Of a DNA stretch of 64,000 nt, positions 1-9,078 are shown piece by piece (position 1 is the first letter of the stretch; every line of letters starts with the position of its first letter). The notes beneath the pieces are model-generated. The model did no database searches. It was not told the DNA's origin and saw only the letters and a list, made by a program, of their open reading frames with translations. The position numbers and the translations under genes were made by a program. The DNA comes from an uncultured Verrucomicrobiota bacterium (GTDB taxonomy: Bacteria > Verrucomicrobiota > Verrucomicrobiia > Limisphaerales > UBA8199): the NCBI GenBank assembly GCA_964623885.1, contig CAZUVM010000003.1, forward strand, positions 5,001 to 69,000. The letters run 5' to 3'.

Positions 1-177
1 TTAAGCTTTGGCATGGATCCTTACAGCGATAGTTCGGAACGAGGCACAACTGATTTTATTCTCTTCGGACTCGGGTTTATCGGGTTCCTATTAGGCGTTG
101 GCGGAATTATCGTCAGCAGTATCGGATGCGCACTGGGAGGCGGGCTGCTGTTGCTGATGGTAATCTTGTGGATCTAA
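1..177 (+). CDS. 3' end of a membrane-protein gene (partial, begins upstream of window)
   Basis: Frame 1 is open from position 1 to TAA at 175-177. The translation ...TDFILFGLGFIGFLLGVGGIIVSSIGCALGGGLLLLMVILWI* forms two hydrophobic helices. It is too short for the ORF track and has no start in the window. Confidence 0.35.
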   Translation, partial: LSFGMDPYSDSSERGTTDFILFGLGFIGFLLGVGGIIVSSIGCALGGGLLLLMVILWI

Positions 178-195
178 CCCTGCCGGGCGCAGCGC

Positions 196-984
196 CTACT
201 TCTTTTTCAACAGGCTGTTGAGGTCTTTGGTAACACTTTGGACCGCTGGGTTGGCGTTCGTGCCGGTAATTTTCGTCAGGTCGACAGCACCTTTGCTTAG
301 ATCGGATATAGCTTGCGAGGCCACTTGTGCCGCGCTCTTCTCAATCGCCGATAGAACGACTTTGGTCAATTCCGCCGCAGTGATTCCGTCGGGGCCCGTG
401 CCCAGATTGTTTAGATGGATTTCCGGCAAGGCCACCGTGGTCGATTGACTTCCCAAAGTGGTGACGCTTACGTGCAGTTTGCCTCCGCTGATGATGAATT
501 CATCGACTTCAAGCTTGCGTCCCGCGCTCGAGCTCTTGGGGGTTTCTTTCGGCTGAGCGGGTGCAGGTGTGCTTGTGCCGCCGCCAGTAGCGGCTTCAAC
601 GTTATTGAGGATCTTTTTGAGATTATTGCTTCTCAGGTCGGTTTCGAAAGTAACCTCCGGAGCCTGGACGTCGATGGAATGGATGATAACTTTATCACCC
701 AGTAACGAGCTGGGCTGCAAAACGAGACTGGCGCTGCCCACCTGGATAGCGGAAGGACTTTTATAACCGGTAGGATTGCCGATAAACAGGCCCTTGATTT
801 TGCCCGAGCCGGAGAAAAGTGAAAGTCCAACTGATTGCAGTTTGACGTCGACTTGTGTGAACTTTGGGCCGAAGGTCTCAACGCCTGCCTTTATGGCGCC
901 GTCGAGAAAAAAGCCGACGCAAAGAACGACAAGCACCAAGAGGACGACTACACCAATGAGAATTCGCACGATCCACTTTTTCAT
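196..984 (-). CDS. Membrane-anchored AsmA-like/DUF748-like protein
   Basis: 262-aa ORF with an N-terminal TM anchor (IVRILIGVVVLLVLVVLCVGFFL). This is followed by a beta-rich region (VDVKLQSVGLSLFSGSGKIKGLFIGNPTGYKSP...IHSIDVQAPEVTFE) resembling AsmA-family N-terminal regions. It starts 3 nt after the stop of the upstream receiver gene. Confidence 0.55.
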   Translation of the reverse strand: MKKWIVRILIGVVVLLVLVVLCVGFFLDGAIKAGVETFGPKFTQVDVKLQSVGLSLFSGSGKIKGLFIGNPTGYKSPSAIQVGSASLVLQPSSLLGDKVIIHSIDVQAPEVTFETDLRSNNLKKILNNVEAATGGGTSTPAPAQPKETPKSSSAGRKLEVDEFIISGGKLHVSVTTLGSQSTTVALPEIHLNNLGTGPDGITAAELTKVVLSAIEKSAAQVASQAISDLSKGAVDLTKITGTNANPAVQSVTKDLNSLLKKK

Positions 985-987
985 AGG

Positions 988-1392
988 TCAGTTAGGTAAC
1001 AATGCCTTCACGGCATCGATTAAAAGTTTTGCATGATAAGGTTTGGCGAGGAACCCGTCGGGTTTTTGGCCGGCGGTTCGGAAAATATCGGGCCCAACGG
1101 TGCCGCTGACCATGAGGATTCTCTGTTTCGGTTCAGCCCGCCGGCAGCCGACGATCAAATCCATGCCATTCAGCCGGTGCATGGCATAATCGGTGATCAC
1201 CAGCAATGGCCGCGGGCGAGCCGAGACGAAGGCATTCAACGCAGCTTCGGGATCCCGATACGTGCGGAGTTGATATCCGAGCGGCTGGAGAATTACGCTC
1301 GCCATTTCCAGGAGCATCGGCTCATCGTCCACAATGTAGATGAGCCCTTTGTCTCCGCCTGATTCGCGGCTGCTGGCGTAAGGCTCGCTCAT
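988..1392 (-). CDS. Stand-alone response-regulator receiver (CheY-like)
   Basis: Receiver motifs are present: IVDDEP acidic pocket, VITDYAM phospho-Asp and FLAKPY Lys. The ORF track starts at 1554, but ATG at 1392 (MSEPYASS...) gives a normal-length receiver. Confidence 0.85.
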   Translation of the reverse strand: MSEPYASSRESGGDKGLIYIVDDEPMLLEMASVILQPLGYQLRTYRDPEAALNAFVSARPRPLLVITDYAMHRLNGMDLIVGCRRAEPKQRILMVSGTVGPDIFRTAGQKPDGFLAKPYHAKLLIDAVKALLPN

Positions 1393-1568
1393 GGCATTCG
1401 CGCTGGCTGAATAAACACCCGCGGGTCCGCGGTGGCAAGCGCGAACCCGAATCCCCATACGCCGGAAATAAAGCGGTTTGATGGCGCGGCCGGCCAATTC
1501 GCAGCTTGAATTTGGGCGCATTGCTTTTATCCTAGAGTGCAACAAAATCGTCACGACCGCTTAGTCTT

Positions 1569-2303
1569 ATGACCCGGGGGAACCGCCGCACTTGGCAAAC
1601 ATTCGATGAAATGCGCAAGGCCGCCGACCAAGGCGACCCGGCGGCGCAGTGTTACCTGGCCATCTGTTATCAAACCGGGCAAGGCGTGCAACAGGACTAT
1701 CCCGAGGCGGTCCGCTGGTTCCGTCGCGCCGCGGACCAGAACGATCCTTCCGCTCAATGCTACCTCGGTTTTTGTTACCAAACGGGAATGGGCGTACCGC
1801 AGGAACTTGGGCAGGCAGCCAAATGGTTTCGCGAAGCGGCCGAGCAAGGAGATCCGGCTGCCCAGTTCAACCTCGGCGTGCTGTACGAGACTGGACAAGG
1901 TGTGCTGCAGAACTATGCCGAAGCCGTCAAGTGGTACCACGAAGCGGCCGAACAGGGCGAACCGCAGGCGCAATTTAACCTGGGCGTTTTTTACGAGACT
2001 GGCCAGGTAGTCCCGCAAAACTACGAGGAAGCAGTCAAGTGGTACCGGCTTGCTGCCGATCAGGAATGCGCCCCGGCCCAATGCAACCTTGGGCTGTGCT
2101 TTGAGACTGGACGCGGCGTCCCTCAGAATATCCGTGAAGCCGTCAAATGGTTCTGCCGCGCGGCGCGAGCAGGAGACAAGACCGCGCAGCACAACTTGGG
2201 CGTTTACTACGCCACATTGGAGGCAGCCGAACAAGCAACGGCGGAAGGCGAGGCGACGGAGGCGGCCGAAGAAGCCGAGGGCGATGCGACCGTCAGTCCT
2301 TAA
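1569..2303 (+). CDS. Sel1-like repeat (SLR) protein
   Basis: Five to six tandem 36-aa (108-nt) repeats of the form AAQxxLGxCYxTGxGVxQxxxEAVKWFRxAAEQGDP, with an acidic E/A-rich C-terminal tail. Confidence 0.9.
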   Translation: MTRGNRRTWQTFDEMRKAADQGDPAAQCYLAICYQTGQGVQQDYPEAVRWFRRAADQNDPSAQCYLGFCYQTGMGVPQELGQAAKWFREAAEQGDPAAQFNLGVLYETGQGVLQNYAEAVKWYHEAAEQGEPQAQFNLGVFYETGQVVPQNYEEAVKWYRLAADQECAPAQCNLGLCFETGRGVPQNIREAVKWFCRAARAGDKTAQHNLGVYYATLEAAEQATAEGEATEAAEEAEGDATVSP

Positions 2304-3938
2304 TCATGTTTCGATGCTCGGGATAAATCGCGGCGGGCGGCGCGCGTGAGTGGCCTGCTCAAAGGCATAGGCAATGGCCAGTAACTGCGGTTCGGTCCAT
2401 GCTCGGCCAAAAAAGGATATTCCCACCGGCAGTCCGTGCACAAATCCTGCGGGCACCGTGATGCTTGGATAACCGGCAACTGCCGCAAACGTGGTGCTGT
2501 CTCCAAGTCCGTGGTCACCGGTAACCCAATCGGTCACATGGGCGGGTGCGGTCGTCGGTGCGAGCATCGCATCGAGACGGTTTTCGTCCATGACCGCATC
2601 GATCCCTTCAGCTCGTGCCAGTCGCCTGCAAGTGGCGAGCGCCTCCAGGTACTGCGGGTCAGTCAACGGCCCTTTGGCCTCAGATTTAATCAGTTCCTCC
2701 TGGCCGAACCAGCGGAGCTCTGCGTTCTGGTGGTTTTCATTGAAAGCGATGAGCTCCTGGAGTGTGTGGATGGGCGCTTTCGGACCAAGGCTGGCAAGGT
2801 AGGCGTTCAAGTCTGCCTTCATCTCGTAGCGCAACACCTCCAATTCCGCGTGTTCGAGTTCCGGCGGAGGCCGGAGCTTGACCGGATCGATCAGCTCCGC
2901 CCCCAGATTCTTCAACACCCCGAGCGCGGTTTCCATGAGCGAGTCGACCGCCGGATGATTTCCAAAAAACGCGCGCGCTACACCCAATCGCTTATCTTGC
3001 AGTCTGCCGGCGACCAACGACGTGGTGTAATCCGCAGCTCGCCGTGAATCGGATTCGGCCGTCGCCGGGTCGCGAGGATCGGAGCCGGTGAGCGCGGCCA
3101 GGAGCAAAGCGGCATCGGTCACAGTGCGGGCCATTGGTCCGGCCGTATCCTGGCTGTGCGCGATGGGAATGATGCCGGAACGACTGATTAACCCGAGCGT
3201 CGGCTTTATACCAACAATCCCGCAGAAGGAGGAGGGCGAAAGGATGGAGCCGTCGGTTTCGGTGCCGACAGCGACGGCACACAGGCTGGCCGCAACGGCC
3301 GCCGCGGAGCCGGAACTCGAGCCGGAAGGATTGCGGTCCAGGATATAAGGATTTCGCGTTTGCCCGCCGCGCCCGCTCCAACCGCTCGTGGAAAGTGACC
3401 CGCGAAAGTTCGCCCATTCGCTCAGGTTCGTCTTGCCCAGGATCACGGCGCCGGCAGCCCGAAGTTTCTCGGCGACGAAGGAGTCGCGCGGCGGAATGGA
3501 ACCAACCATGGCCAATGAACCGGCTGTGGTGGCCATCCGATCGTGCGTGTCGATGTTGTCCTTGATCAGAACCGGGATGCCGTGCAGCGGACCGCGCGCG
3601 GCTTTGGTTTTGCGCTCCGCATCGAGCTCATGCGCGATGCTCAATGCATCCGGATTCAATTCAATCACGGCGTTCAGCTTCGGTCCGTGGCGGTCGATCT
3701 TGTCGATCCGGGCTTTGAATTTCTTGACCAGTTCCCCTGCAGTCAGTTTGCCGCCAGCCATCCTGGCCTGGAGCTGAGGAATAGTCGCTTCCTCTAACTC
3801 GAAATGGCCGGGGTGATAAGCCGTCCGACTCAGCGAAAGAGTGGAATCGGCTCCCAGCGTGGCCACCGGAGCAAGCGATGCAGTGGTAGCAAGCAGCCGC
3901 AGGAAATTTCGGCGGTTCATAGCGGGTGCTTGTAGCAC
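2304..3938 (-). CDS. Amidase-signature family amidase, exported (Tat-like leader)
   Basis: The amidase signature GSSSGSAAAVAASLCAVAVGTETDGSILSPSS and KDNID are present. The N-terminus MNRRNFLRLLATTASLAP is twin-arginine-like, so the true start may be the second Met at 3920. Its stop abuts the Sel1 gene stop with no spacer. Confidence 0.9.
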   Translation of the reverse strand: MLQAPAMNRRNFLRLLATTASLAPVATLGADSTLSLSRTAYHPGHFELEEATIPQLQARMAGGKLTAGELVKKFKARIDKIDRHGPKLNAVIELNPDALSIAHELDAERKTKAARGPLHGIPVLIKDNIDTHDRMATTAGSLAMVGSIPPRDSFVAEKLRAAGAVILGKTNLSEWANFRGSLSTSGWSGRGGQTRNPYILDRNPSGSSSGSAAAVAASLCAVAVGTETDGSILSPSSFCGIVGIKPTLGLISRSGIIPIAHSQDTAGPMARTVTDAALLLAALTGSDPRDPATAESDSRRAADYTTSLVAGRLQDKRLGVARAFFGNHPAVDSLMETALGVLKNLGAELIDPVKLRPPPELEHAELEVLRYEMKADLNAYLASLGPKAPIHTLQELIAFNENHQNAELRWFGQEELIKSEAKGPLTDPQYLEALATCRRLARAEGIDAVMDENRLDAMLAPTTAPAHVTDWVTGDHGLGDSTTFAAVAGYPSITVPAGFVHGLPVGISFFGRAWTEPQLLAIAYAFEQATHARRPPRFIPSIET

Positions 3939-4023
3939 AGGTGCAGAATCAAGGGAAGCCCGCGCACGTAAACCTCATTGCACGAATGCTTCATGATTGT
4001 GTGGCTCGAACGTGCGCCAATGG

Positions 4024-4149
4024 GTGGCGCAGGCCTCCGAGCCTGCAGTATCGCCGACCTTCGAGTCGGCTGCTGTTGGGTTGCGCGCCTGCCTCAAGTG
4101 TTCGCAGGCTAGAAGCCTGCGATATAGCAGGCTCGGAGGCCTGCGCTAC
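4024..4149. repeat. Family A MITE/REP-like palindromic element, copy 1
   Basis: A ~126-bp element bounded by 23-nt terminal inverted repeats: GTGGCGCAGGCCTCCGAGCCTGC ... GCAGGCTCGGAGGCCTGCGCTAC. It has internal hairpins (gcaggct-agaagcctgc; cgaccttcgagtcg). A second copy lies at 31460-31587 in the opposite orientation. Confidence 0.85.
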
Positions 4150-4211
4150 TTGCAAAGGCGAAACGTATCCAGGTTAGTTAATTGCGAAACCACGAAAGGA
4201 AGCGCTAAGTG

Positions 4212-4481
4212 TCACGGCCGCAGCCGCACGAGCGTGGCGCCCCAGCCTCCATATTCGGGATGGTCGAGGGTATAGGAAACTACTTCCGGAAGCCGCGCGA
4301 GGATCGCATGGACCGTGCGCCGGAGCTGGCCTGTGCCCTTGCCATGAATAATGCGCACCTGCAGAATGCCGCGCTCGCGGCAAGCCGCCAGGTAATCAGG
4401 AACGAGGTCCTTTACCTCTTTAGGTTGGAAGGTGTGCAGGTCCAGCACGCCATCGATCGGCAATTGGATTGGCTCATCCAT
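4212..4481 (-). CDS. Smr (small MutS-related) domain protein
   Basis: 89 aa. LDLHTF...VRIIHGKGTGQLRRTVHAILARL matches the Smr LDLHG/IIHGKG pattern. Confidence 0.85.
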   Translation of the reverse strand: MDEPIQLPIDGVLDLHTFQPKEVKDLVPDYLAACRERGILQVRIIHGKGTGQLRRTVHAILARLPEVVSYTLDHPEYGGWGATLVRLRP

Positions 4482-4484
4482 GAA

Positions 4485-5417
4485 TTAGGGCGTGCTCTCC
4501 GTTTTCTTTTCACCAGACTTCAACTTGTCGAAAGGGTTTACACGAGGCGGCGATGGGGCATCGGGATGACGCGGCAAAAAGAGCGGGCTGACACAGACGT
4601 ACACCCAACCGAGGATGAAATGCAGCGCCGTGATTACGAGCAATACTATCGGATCGAGCGCTCCAAGACCGTAAAGAACGATGGTAGCCGACATGAGGAG
4701 CGCGCCGGGCATCAGCGCCGCGCCTGAAAGACGCCAGCTTTGGGAAAGACTTAACTGGCGATTGGCAAAGAAACCAAACAGCCACGCGACCCAGCAATAG
4801 ATGCTCGCCAGGATCGCCCATATCACAAACAACGCAAGGATCACTCCGCCGACAATCAAAGCCAGGAGCGGAGGCTTCCAGGCGCCCCACCAGGGAACCA
4901 GCTCCGGCCGGTTGAAAGCGATCACATAGTCGCGCGGATAGGGCGCTTCGACAAAACCGAAAAGAGAAAACACCTTCACATAAGCCCGGCCGAATTCGAT
5001 TTGGACATGAGCCGGTGACCGGGCCTGACCTTCATGCTTAAGATCGATTGTGATCGCCAGGAACCGGTTTTCAGCCAGCGTTTGCGGCGAGTCGCCCTCC
5101 CACATCAGGGCGCCTCCGCGGATCTGTCCCTGTGGCGGCAGCTTATCAATAGCGGCGGCAATGATCCGGAACCAGCCGGCGTATAGCGTCCAGGCGATGG
5201 CACCGGCAGCGAGCACAGCGAAGATGAATTGCACGAGGAACAAGCGGCCGAACCTGGCGCGCGCGAAAGCGGCAGCGCCGCGCGGGGTCAGCGGCTGCCA
5301 AGCAAACGGTGGGTGCTCATCAATGCTCATGGTCGGCAATTCGCGCCGGTCATCGCGCGTCCTGCTCAGAGCGATAATACCGGCTGGAGTGACACTCCGC
5401 CAGAGGGCATCAAGCAC
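4485..5417 (-). CDS. Polytopic membrane protein of unknown function
   Basis: Several long hydrophobic segments (FLVQFIFAVLAAGAIAW; LLALIVGGVILALFVIWAILASIYCWVAWLFGFF; IVLLVITALHFILGWVYVCV). It ends 3 nt before the Smr start, so the two form an operon. An alternative start is ATG at 5330 (MSIDEHPP). Confidence 0.7.
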   Translation of the reverse strand: MLDALWRSVTPAGIIALSRTRDDRRELPTMSIDEHPPFAWQPLTPRGAAAFARARFGRLFLVQFIFAVLAAGAIAWTLYAGWFRIIAAAIDKLPPQGQIRGGALMWEGDSPQTLAENRFLAITIDLKHEGQARSPAHVQIEFGRAYVKVFSLFGFVEAPYPRDYVIAFNRPELVPWWGAWKPPLLALIVGGVILALFVIWAILASIYCWVAWLFGFFANRQLSLSQSWRLSGAALMPGALLMSATIVLYGLGALDPIVLLVITALHFILGWVYVCVSPLFLPRHPDAPSPPRVNPFDKLKSGEKKTESTP

Positions 5418-5505
5418 GTGGAAGTGCGAAGTTCGAAGTCTGAAGGCCGAATTGACTTTTCCAACGGGCTAAAGCTAGCCTGCCGTTCAGGAACAATCGC
5501 CTGCC

Positions 5506-6453
5506 ATGAAGAACAATGACATTCCAATAAAGTTTCCTGTTTCCCGCCGTGAATTTCTGGAGCGCATGCTGCTTGCTGCCTCTGCGACCGCAATTGGTGC
5601 CGGGAGCGGCTCATCAGTGTTCGGCGCGGGAAGTTCTGGAGCACCGCCGGTGGTGGTCTTCACTAAAGTTTATCAGGAGCTGAACCTTGGGTTCGAAGAT
5701 GCCGCGGCAGTCACGGCGGAGGCCGGCTTGAACGGGATCGATACCCCGGTGCGGCCGGGTGGTGAAATCCTTCCCGAACGAGTGGCGGATGACCTGCCGA
5801 AATACGTCGAAACGCTGAGGCGCCGCGGATTGACCCTCCCTCTACTCACCACCGCAATTACGAGCGTCACTTCCCCGCAGGCAGAAACGATTGTGCGGAC
5901 GGCAAAGAAACTTGGTGTGCAGTTTTATCGTTTGGGCTTTATCGATCGCGACAAGCAGGTGTCGGCCGAGGCGCAGGTGCGCGAGGTGCGGGCGCAGCTC
6001 AAAGATGTGGCAGCGTTGAATCGGCAGGTCGGTATCGGAGCGTTACTGCAGAACCATTCGCCGGCAGGACATGCGTATTTCGGCGGAGATTTGAACGAGC
6101 TGGCAGCGACCGTGGAAGGGTTTGATCCGGCTGAAATTGGCGTCGCTTTCGACATCGGCCACGCTTTGGTTGTCCATGGCAACGACTGGCGGCGCTGTTT
6201 CGAGCGGCTCAAGCCGCATTTCAAAATTGCCTATATCAAGGACGTAAAGCCACCCGCGCGTTGGGTGCCCTTCGGACAAGGGGATCTCGGGAGCAGCGGG
6301 TATTTCAAGTTGCTCAAAGAGCTCGGCTATCATGCGCCGGTCTCGATGCACATGGAGTATGACTGGGCAGACCACGGAAAAGCCAAGAATTGGGCGACGT
6401 TGGTGCGCGCATTGCAGGCGAGTTCGCAAGTAGTGCGCGGCTGGTTGAGTTAG
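5506..6453 (+). CDS. Xylose-isomerase-like TIM-barrel protein (sugar phosphate isomerase/epimerase family), exported
   Basis: Tat-like leader SRREFLERMLLAASATAIGAG. The body has the typical AP-endonuclease-2/TIM-barrel pattern (VAFDIGHALV..., HMEYDW). Confidence 0.75.
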   Translation: MKNNDIPIKFPVSRREFLERMLLAASATAIGAGSGSSVFGAGSSGAPPVVVFTKVYQELNLGFEDAAAVTAEAGLNGIDTPVRPGGEILPERVADDLPKYVETLRRRGLTLPLLTTAITSVTSPQAETIVRTAKKLGVQFYRLGFIDRDKQVSAEAQVREVRAQLKDVAALNRQVGIGALLQNHSPAGHAYFGGDLNELAATVEGFDPAEIGVAFDIGHALVVHGNDWRRCFERLKPHFKIAYIKDVKPPARWVPFGQGDLGSSGYFKLLKELGYHAPVSMHMEYDWADHGKAKNWATLVRALQASSQVVRGWLS

Positions 6454-6596
6454 AGGGTGTTCGGAATGTTAACACGCGCGAGCGGCCCTCGCTCGCAGCG
6501 GAACAAATTGTGCTCGCGCCGAAGCTGCGGCCTGAATCGGTCAAACTCCGATCCAACGACTGCATTTTTCCGAACGCGCGCGAACACCTTCCTTGC

Positions 6597-6983
6597 TTAG
6601 CCGGGCCGTGCTCCGTCACCAGCGGGAATGAGCCGCACAACCTCCTGATGCAAAGTGGCCAGTGATTCCGTCTTTCGCACAAATGCGTCAGCTCCGCACG
6701 CCTTGGCTTTCTCAAGCAACGCCTCATCTCCCCGCAGACCCGTGAACATGATCACCGGCATTCGTGGGTATTCTCTTTTGAAAAGTTCCAACAGCTTTAA
6801 ACCATTCTCGCCGCCGACATCCACGTCCAAAATGGCGAGATCGAACCGGTTTTCTTCCGCCAACTCCTGCCCCTGTCCAACGGTCATCGCCGTGCTCACC
6901 TTGAAACCTTTTTTGGTCAGGAACAATGACATTAGTTCACGAGTGGGCGCTTCGTCGTCAACAAACAGGATGTGAGAACTCAT
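6597..6983 (-). CDS. Stand-alone response-regulator receiver
   Basis: Receiver hallmarks ILFVDDEAPTR, LAILDVDVGGENG and AFVRKT are present. ATG at 6983 (MSSHILFVDD) is preferred over the track start at 7004. Confidence 0.85.
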   Translation of the reverse strand: MSSHILFVDDEAPTRELMSLFLTKKGFKVSTAMTVGQGQELAEENRFDLAILDVDVGGENGLKLLELFKREYPRMPVIMFTGLRGDEALLEKAKACGADAFVRKTESLATLHQEVVRLIPAGDGARPG

Positions 6984-7575
6984 GCAGATGTGTGAGGTTT
7001 GCAACTTAACGTTCCGAAGTCAAATTATGACGAGTCCGGTGGCTCATCCAGGTGCTGCCCGAGGTTCGAGGACTACTCGAGACGGGCATGGATTCAGGGT
7101 GCTCTTTTCCCCAGTAGCATTGTACGGGTTTGCCTCGAATTCAACGTTAGATCCGTTCATGAGAATCATTTTGACCCCAACTTTTTTGGGTCGGAATTCT
7201 ATTCGAGGCGCAGGACGCACAGGTTCTTATCCGCACAGGCTTCCAAGCAGGCATAATGGAATAGCAAAACTAATGCCAGTACATGAAATTATCAACAAAG
7301 ACAGCTGCTTTAGCGCTGCAAATCACTTAAAAACTGCTCATTGGCGTCGATAGGTATCGTCTGAAAGCCCTTGCCGAGGGAAGATTCCAACACCCGCTCC
7401 AAAGCAGTTGGCGGCAAATGACAATTCCCGAGTAAAAGCGCGACTAGCTGAATTGATCGAAAAAGTTAATCTTCTGGGTCAATTTCATGCGAGAAGCATT
7501 CGGCTGTTTGTTCGTCGAGCCGGTGTGTGCCGAGGGCAACCAAAGGCTATCGGTGAACATAATCGATTTTTGACG

Positions 7576-9078
7576 ATGCATACGGAAACTGACCGCGCCC
7601 GAGCGTCCGGGCCGCCAACCATTACAGGCAAGCACCCAGTCGGGCTCTACACGCTCTTCTTCACCGAGATGTGGGAGCGGTTCAGTTATTACGGCATGCG
7701 CGCGCTGCTGGTCCTGTTCATGGTCGAAGCCATCGGCAAGGGCGGAATGGGATTGACCGACCAGGTCGCGACGGCAATTTACGGCCTTTACACCGCCAGC
7801 GTTTATCTCGCGGCGCTGCCGGGCGGTTGGGTGGCGGACCGATTCCTGGGGGCGCAACGTGCAGTCTGGTATGGAGGAATTATCATTGCGGCCGGGCATT
7901 TCACGCTCGCTATTCCGCAAACGAGCTGTTTTTACCTCGGCTTGGTTTTGGTGGTGCTGGGCACGGGTTTGCTCAAACCCAATGTCAGCGCCATCGTCGG
8001 CGAGCTTTACCCGGAAGGCGGCGCGCGGCGCGATGCCGGTTTTACGGTCTTTTATATGGGAATCAACCTCGGCGCGGCGCTGGGGCCGATAGTCTGCAGT
8101 GCCCTGGGGGAAAAAGTAAACTGGCACTACGGATTCGCGGCGGCCGGAGTGGGCATGGTGCTCGGGTTGATTCAATACCGGCTGACTCGCAAATACCTTG
8201 GATCGGCTGGCAAGCAGGCTGGGCACCCCGAAGGCGCACGGCCAAAAGACTGGTATTTGCTTGGGTCTTTGCTCAGCGCTTTGGGCTTGGTTCTTTTGCT
8301 CGCGCTGACCGGGGCGATCAAAATCGACCCAGTCACGTTAGCTCGGGCGTCAACGCAGGTTCTGGTCGCGGTTGGGGCGATTTATTTCGCAAGTGTGTTC
8401 CTCTTTTTTCACCTGGACCACGCTGAAAAGAAACGCGTGGCGGTCATTGTGGTTCTGTTCCTGGCATCGGCGATGTTCTGGTCAGGGTTTGAGCAAGCCG
8501 GCTCTTCGCTAAACCTCTTTGCCGAGCGTTATACGCAGCGAGAGTGGATGGGCTGGATCGTCCCTGCTGGATGGTTTCAATCCCTGGGCGCTTTTTTCGT
8601 AATCACGCTTGCGCCGCTAGTGGCCATAGGTTGGCTCAAGCTGGCCCGCAAAAACTTCGTTCCGTCCGTTCCGGTGAAGTTCTCGCTGGGCCTGGTGCTG
8701 TTGGCGCTGGGATTTCTGGTAATGGCCGTTGCTTCTAAACTGGTGGCGGCCGGCAACAAAGTGTGGCCGACGTGGCTGGTCGCAACGTATTTGCTGCACT
8801 CGATAGGTGAGCTGTGTTTGAGTCCCGTCGGACTGAGCTCGGTGACGAAATTGGCTCCGCGCCGATTATTGGGCCAGATGATGGGAACCTGGTTCCTGGC
8901 GACCTCCCTGGGCAACCTCGTAGCCGGCCGGATTGCCGGTACGTTCACTGCCGAGAATGTTGCACAGATGCCGCAGGCGTACTTCCAGATTGTAATGATC
9001 GTTGGCGGAGCAGGTCTTCTGCTTCTGTTATTGGTGAAGCCAATCCAGCGGTTGATGTCTCCGCCGGCTGATGGCTGA
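7576..9078 (+). CDS. POT/PTR2 family proton-dependent di/tripeptide transporter
   Basis: PTR2 signatures FTEMWERFSYYGMRALLVLFM and GGWVADRFLG, with about 14 hydrophobic segments. The track start at 7408 is TTG; ATG at 7576 gives the usual N-terminal length. Confidence 0.9.
   Translation: MHTETDRARASGPPTITGKHPVGLYTLFFTEMWERFSYYGMRALLVLFMVEAIGKGGMGLTDQVATAIYGLYTASVYLAALPGGWVADRFLGAQRAVWYGGIIIAAGHFTLAIPQTSCFYLGLVLVVLGTGLLKPNVSAIVGELYPEGGARRDAGFTVFYMGINLGAALGPIVCSALGEKVNWHYGFAAAGVGMVLGLIQYRLTRKYLGSAGKQAGHPEGARPKDWYLLGSLLSALGLVLLLALTGAIKIDPVTLARASTQVLVAVGAIYFASVFLFFHLDHAEKKRVAVIVVLFLASAMFWSGFEQAGSSLNLFAERYTQREWMGWIVPAGWFQSLGAFFVITLAPLVAIGWLKLARKNFVPSVPVKFSLGLVLLALGFLVMAVASKLVAAGNKVWPTWLVATYLLHSIGELCLSPVGLSSVTKLAPRRLLGQMMGTWFLATSLGNLVAGRIAGTFTAENVAQMPQAYFQIVMIVGGAGLLLLLLVKPIQRLMSPPADG

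Noticed and set aside
1641-2180. Regular 108-nt periodicity that could be mistaken for a CRISPR-like or tandem DNA repeat.
   Set aside because: The periodicity is that of the 36-aa Sel1 repeat within a continuous ORF. The repeat copies have diverged at the nucleotide level and there is no repeat-spacer structure.
2301-2306. Back-to-back stop codons of convergent genes with no spacer (Sel1/amidase at 2301-2306), and overlapping stops at 40140-40143.
   Set aside because: This is compact convergent gene packing, which is common in this window. No specific function can be inferred beyond the absence of intrinsic terminators.
7408-7575. N-terminal extensions proposed by the ORF track: 7408 TTG start of POT, 29861-30100, 35070-35273, 37831-37980, 51751-51882, 12752-12808 and 1393-1554.
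   Set aside because: The extensions are Arg/Cys-rich, overlap neighbouring genes or intergenic repeats, and precede obvious signal peptides or conserved N-termini that begin at internal ATGs. Shorter starts were used instead.
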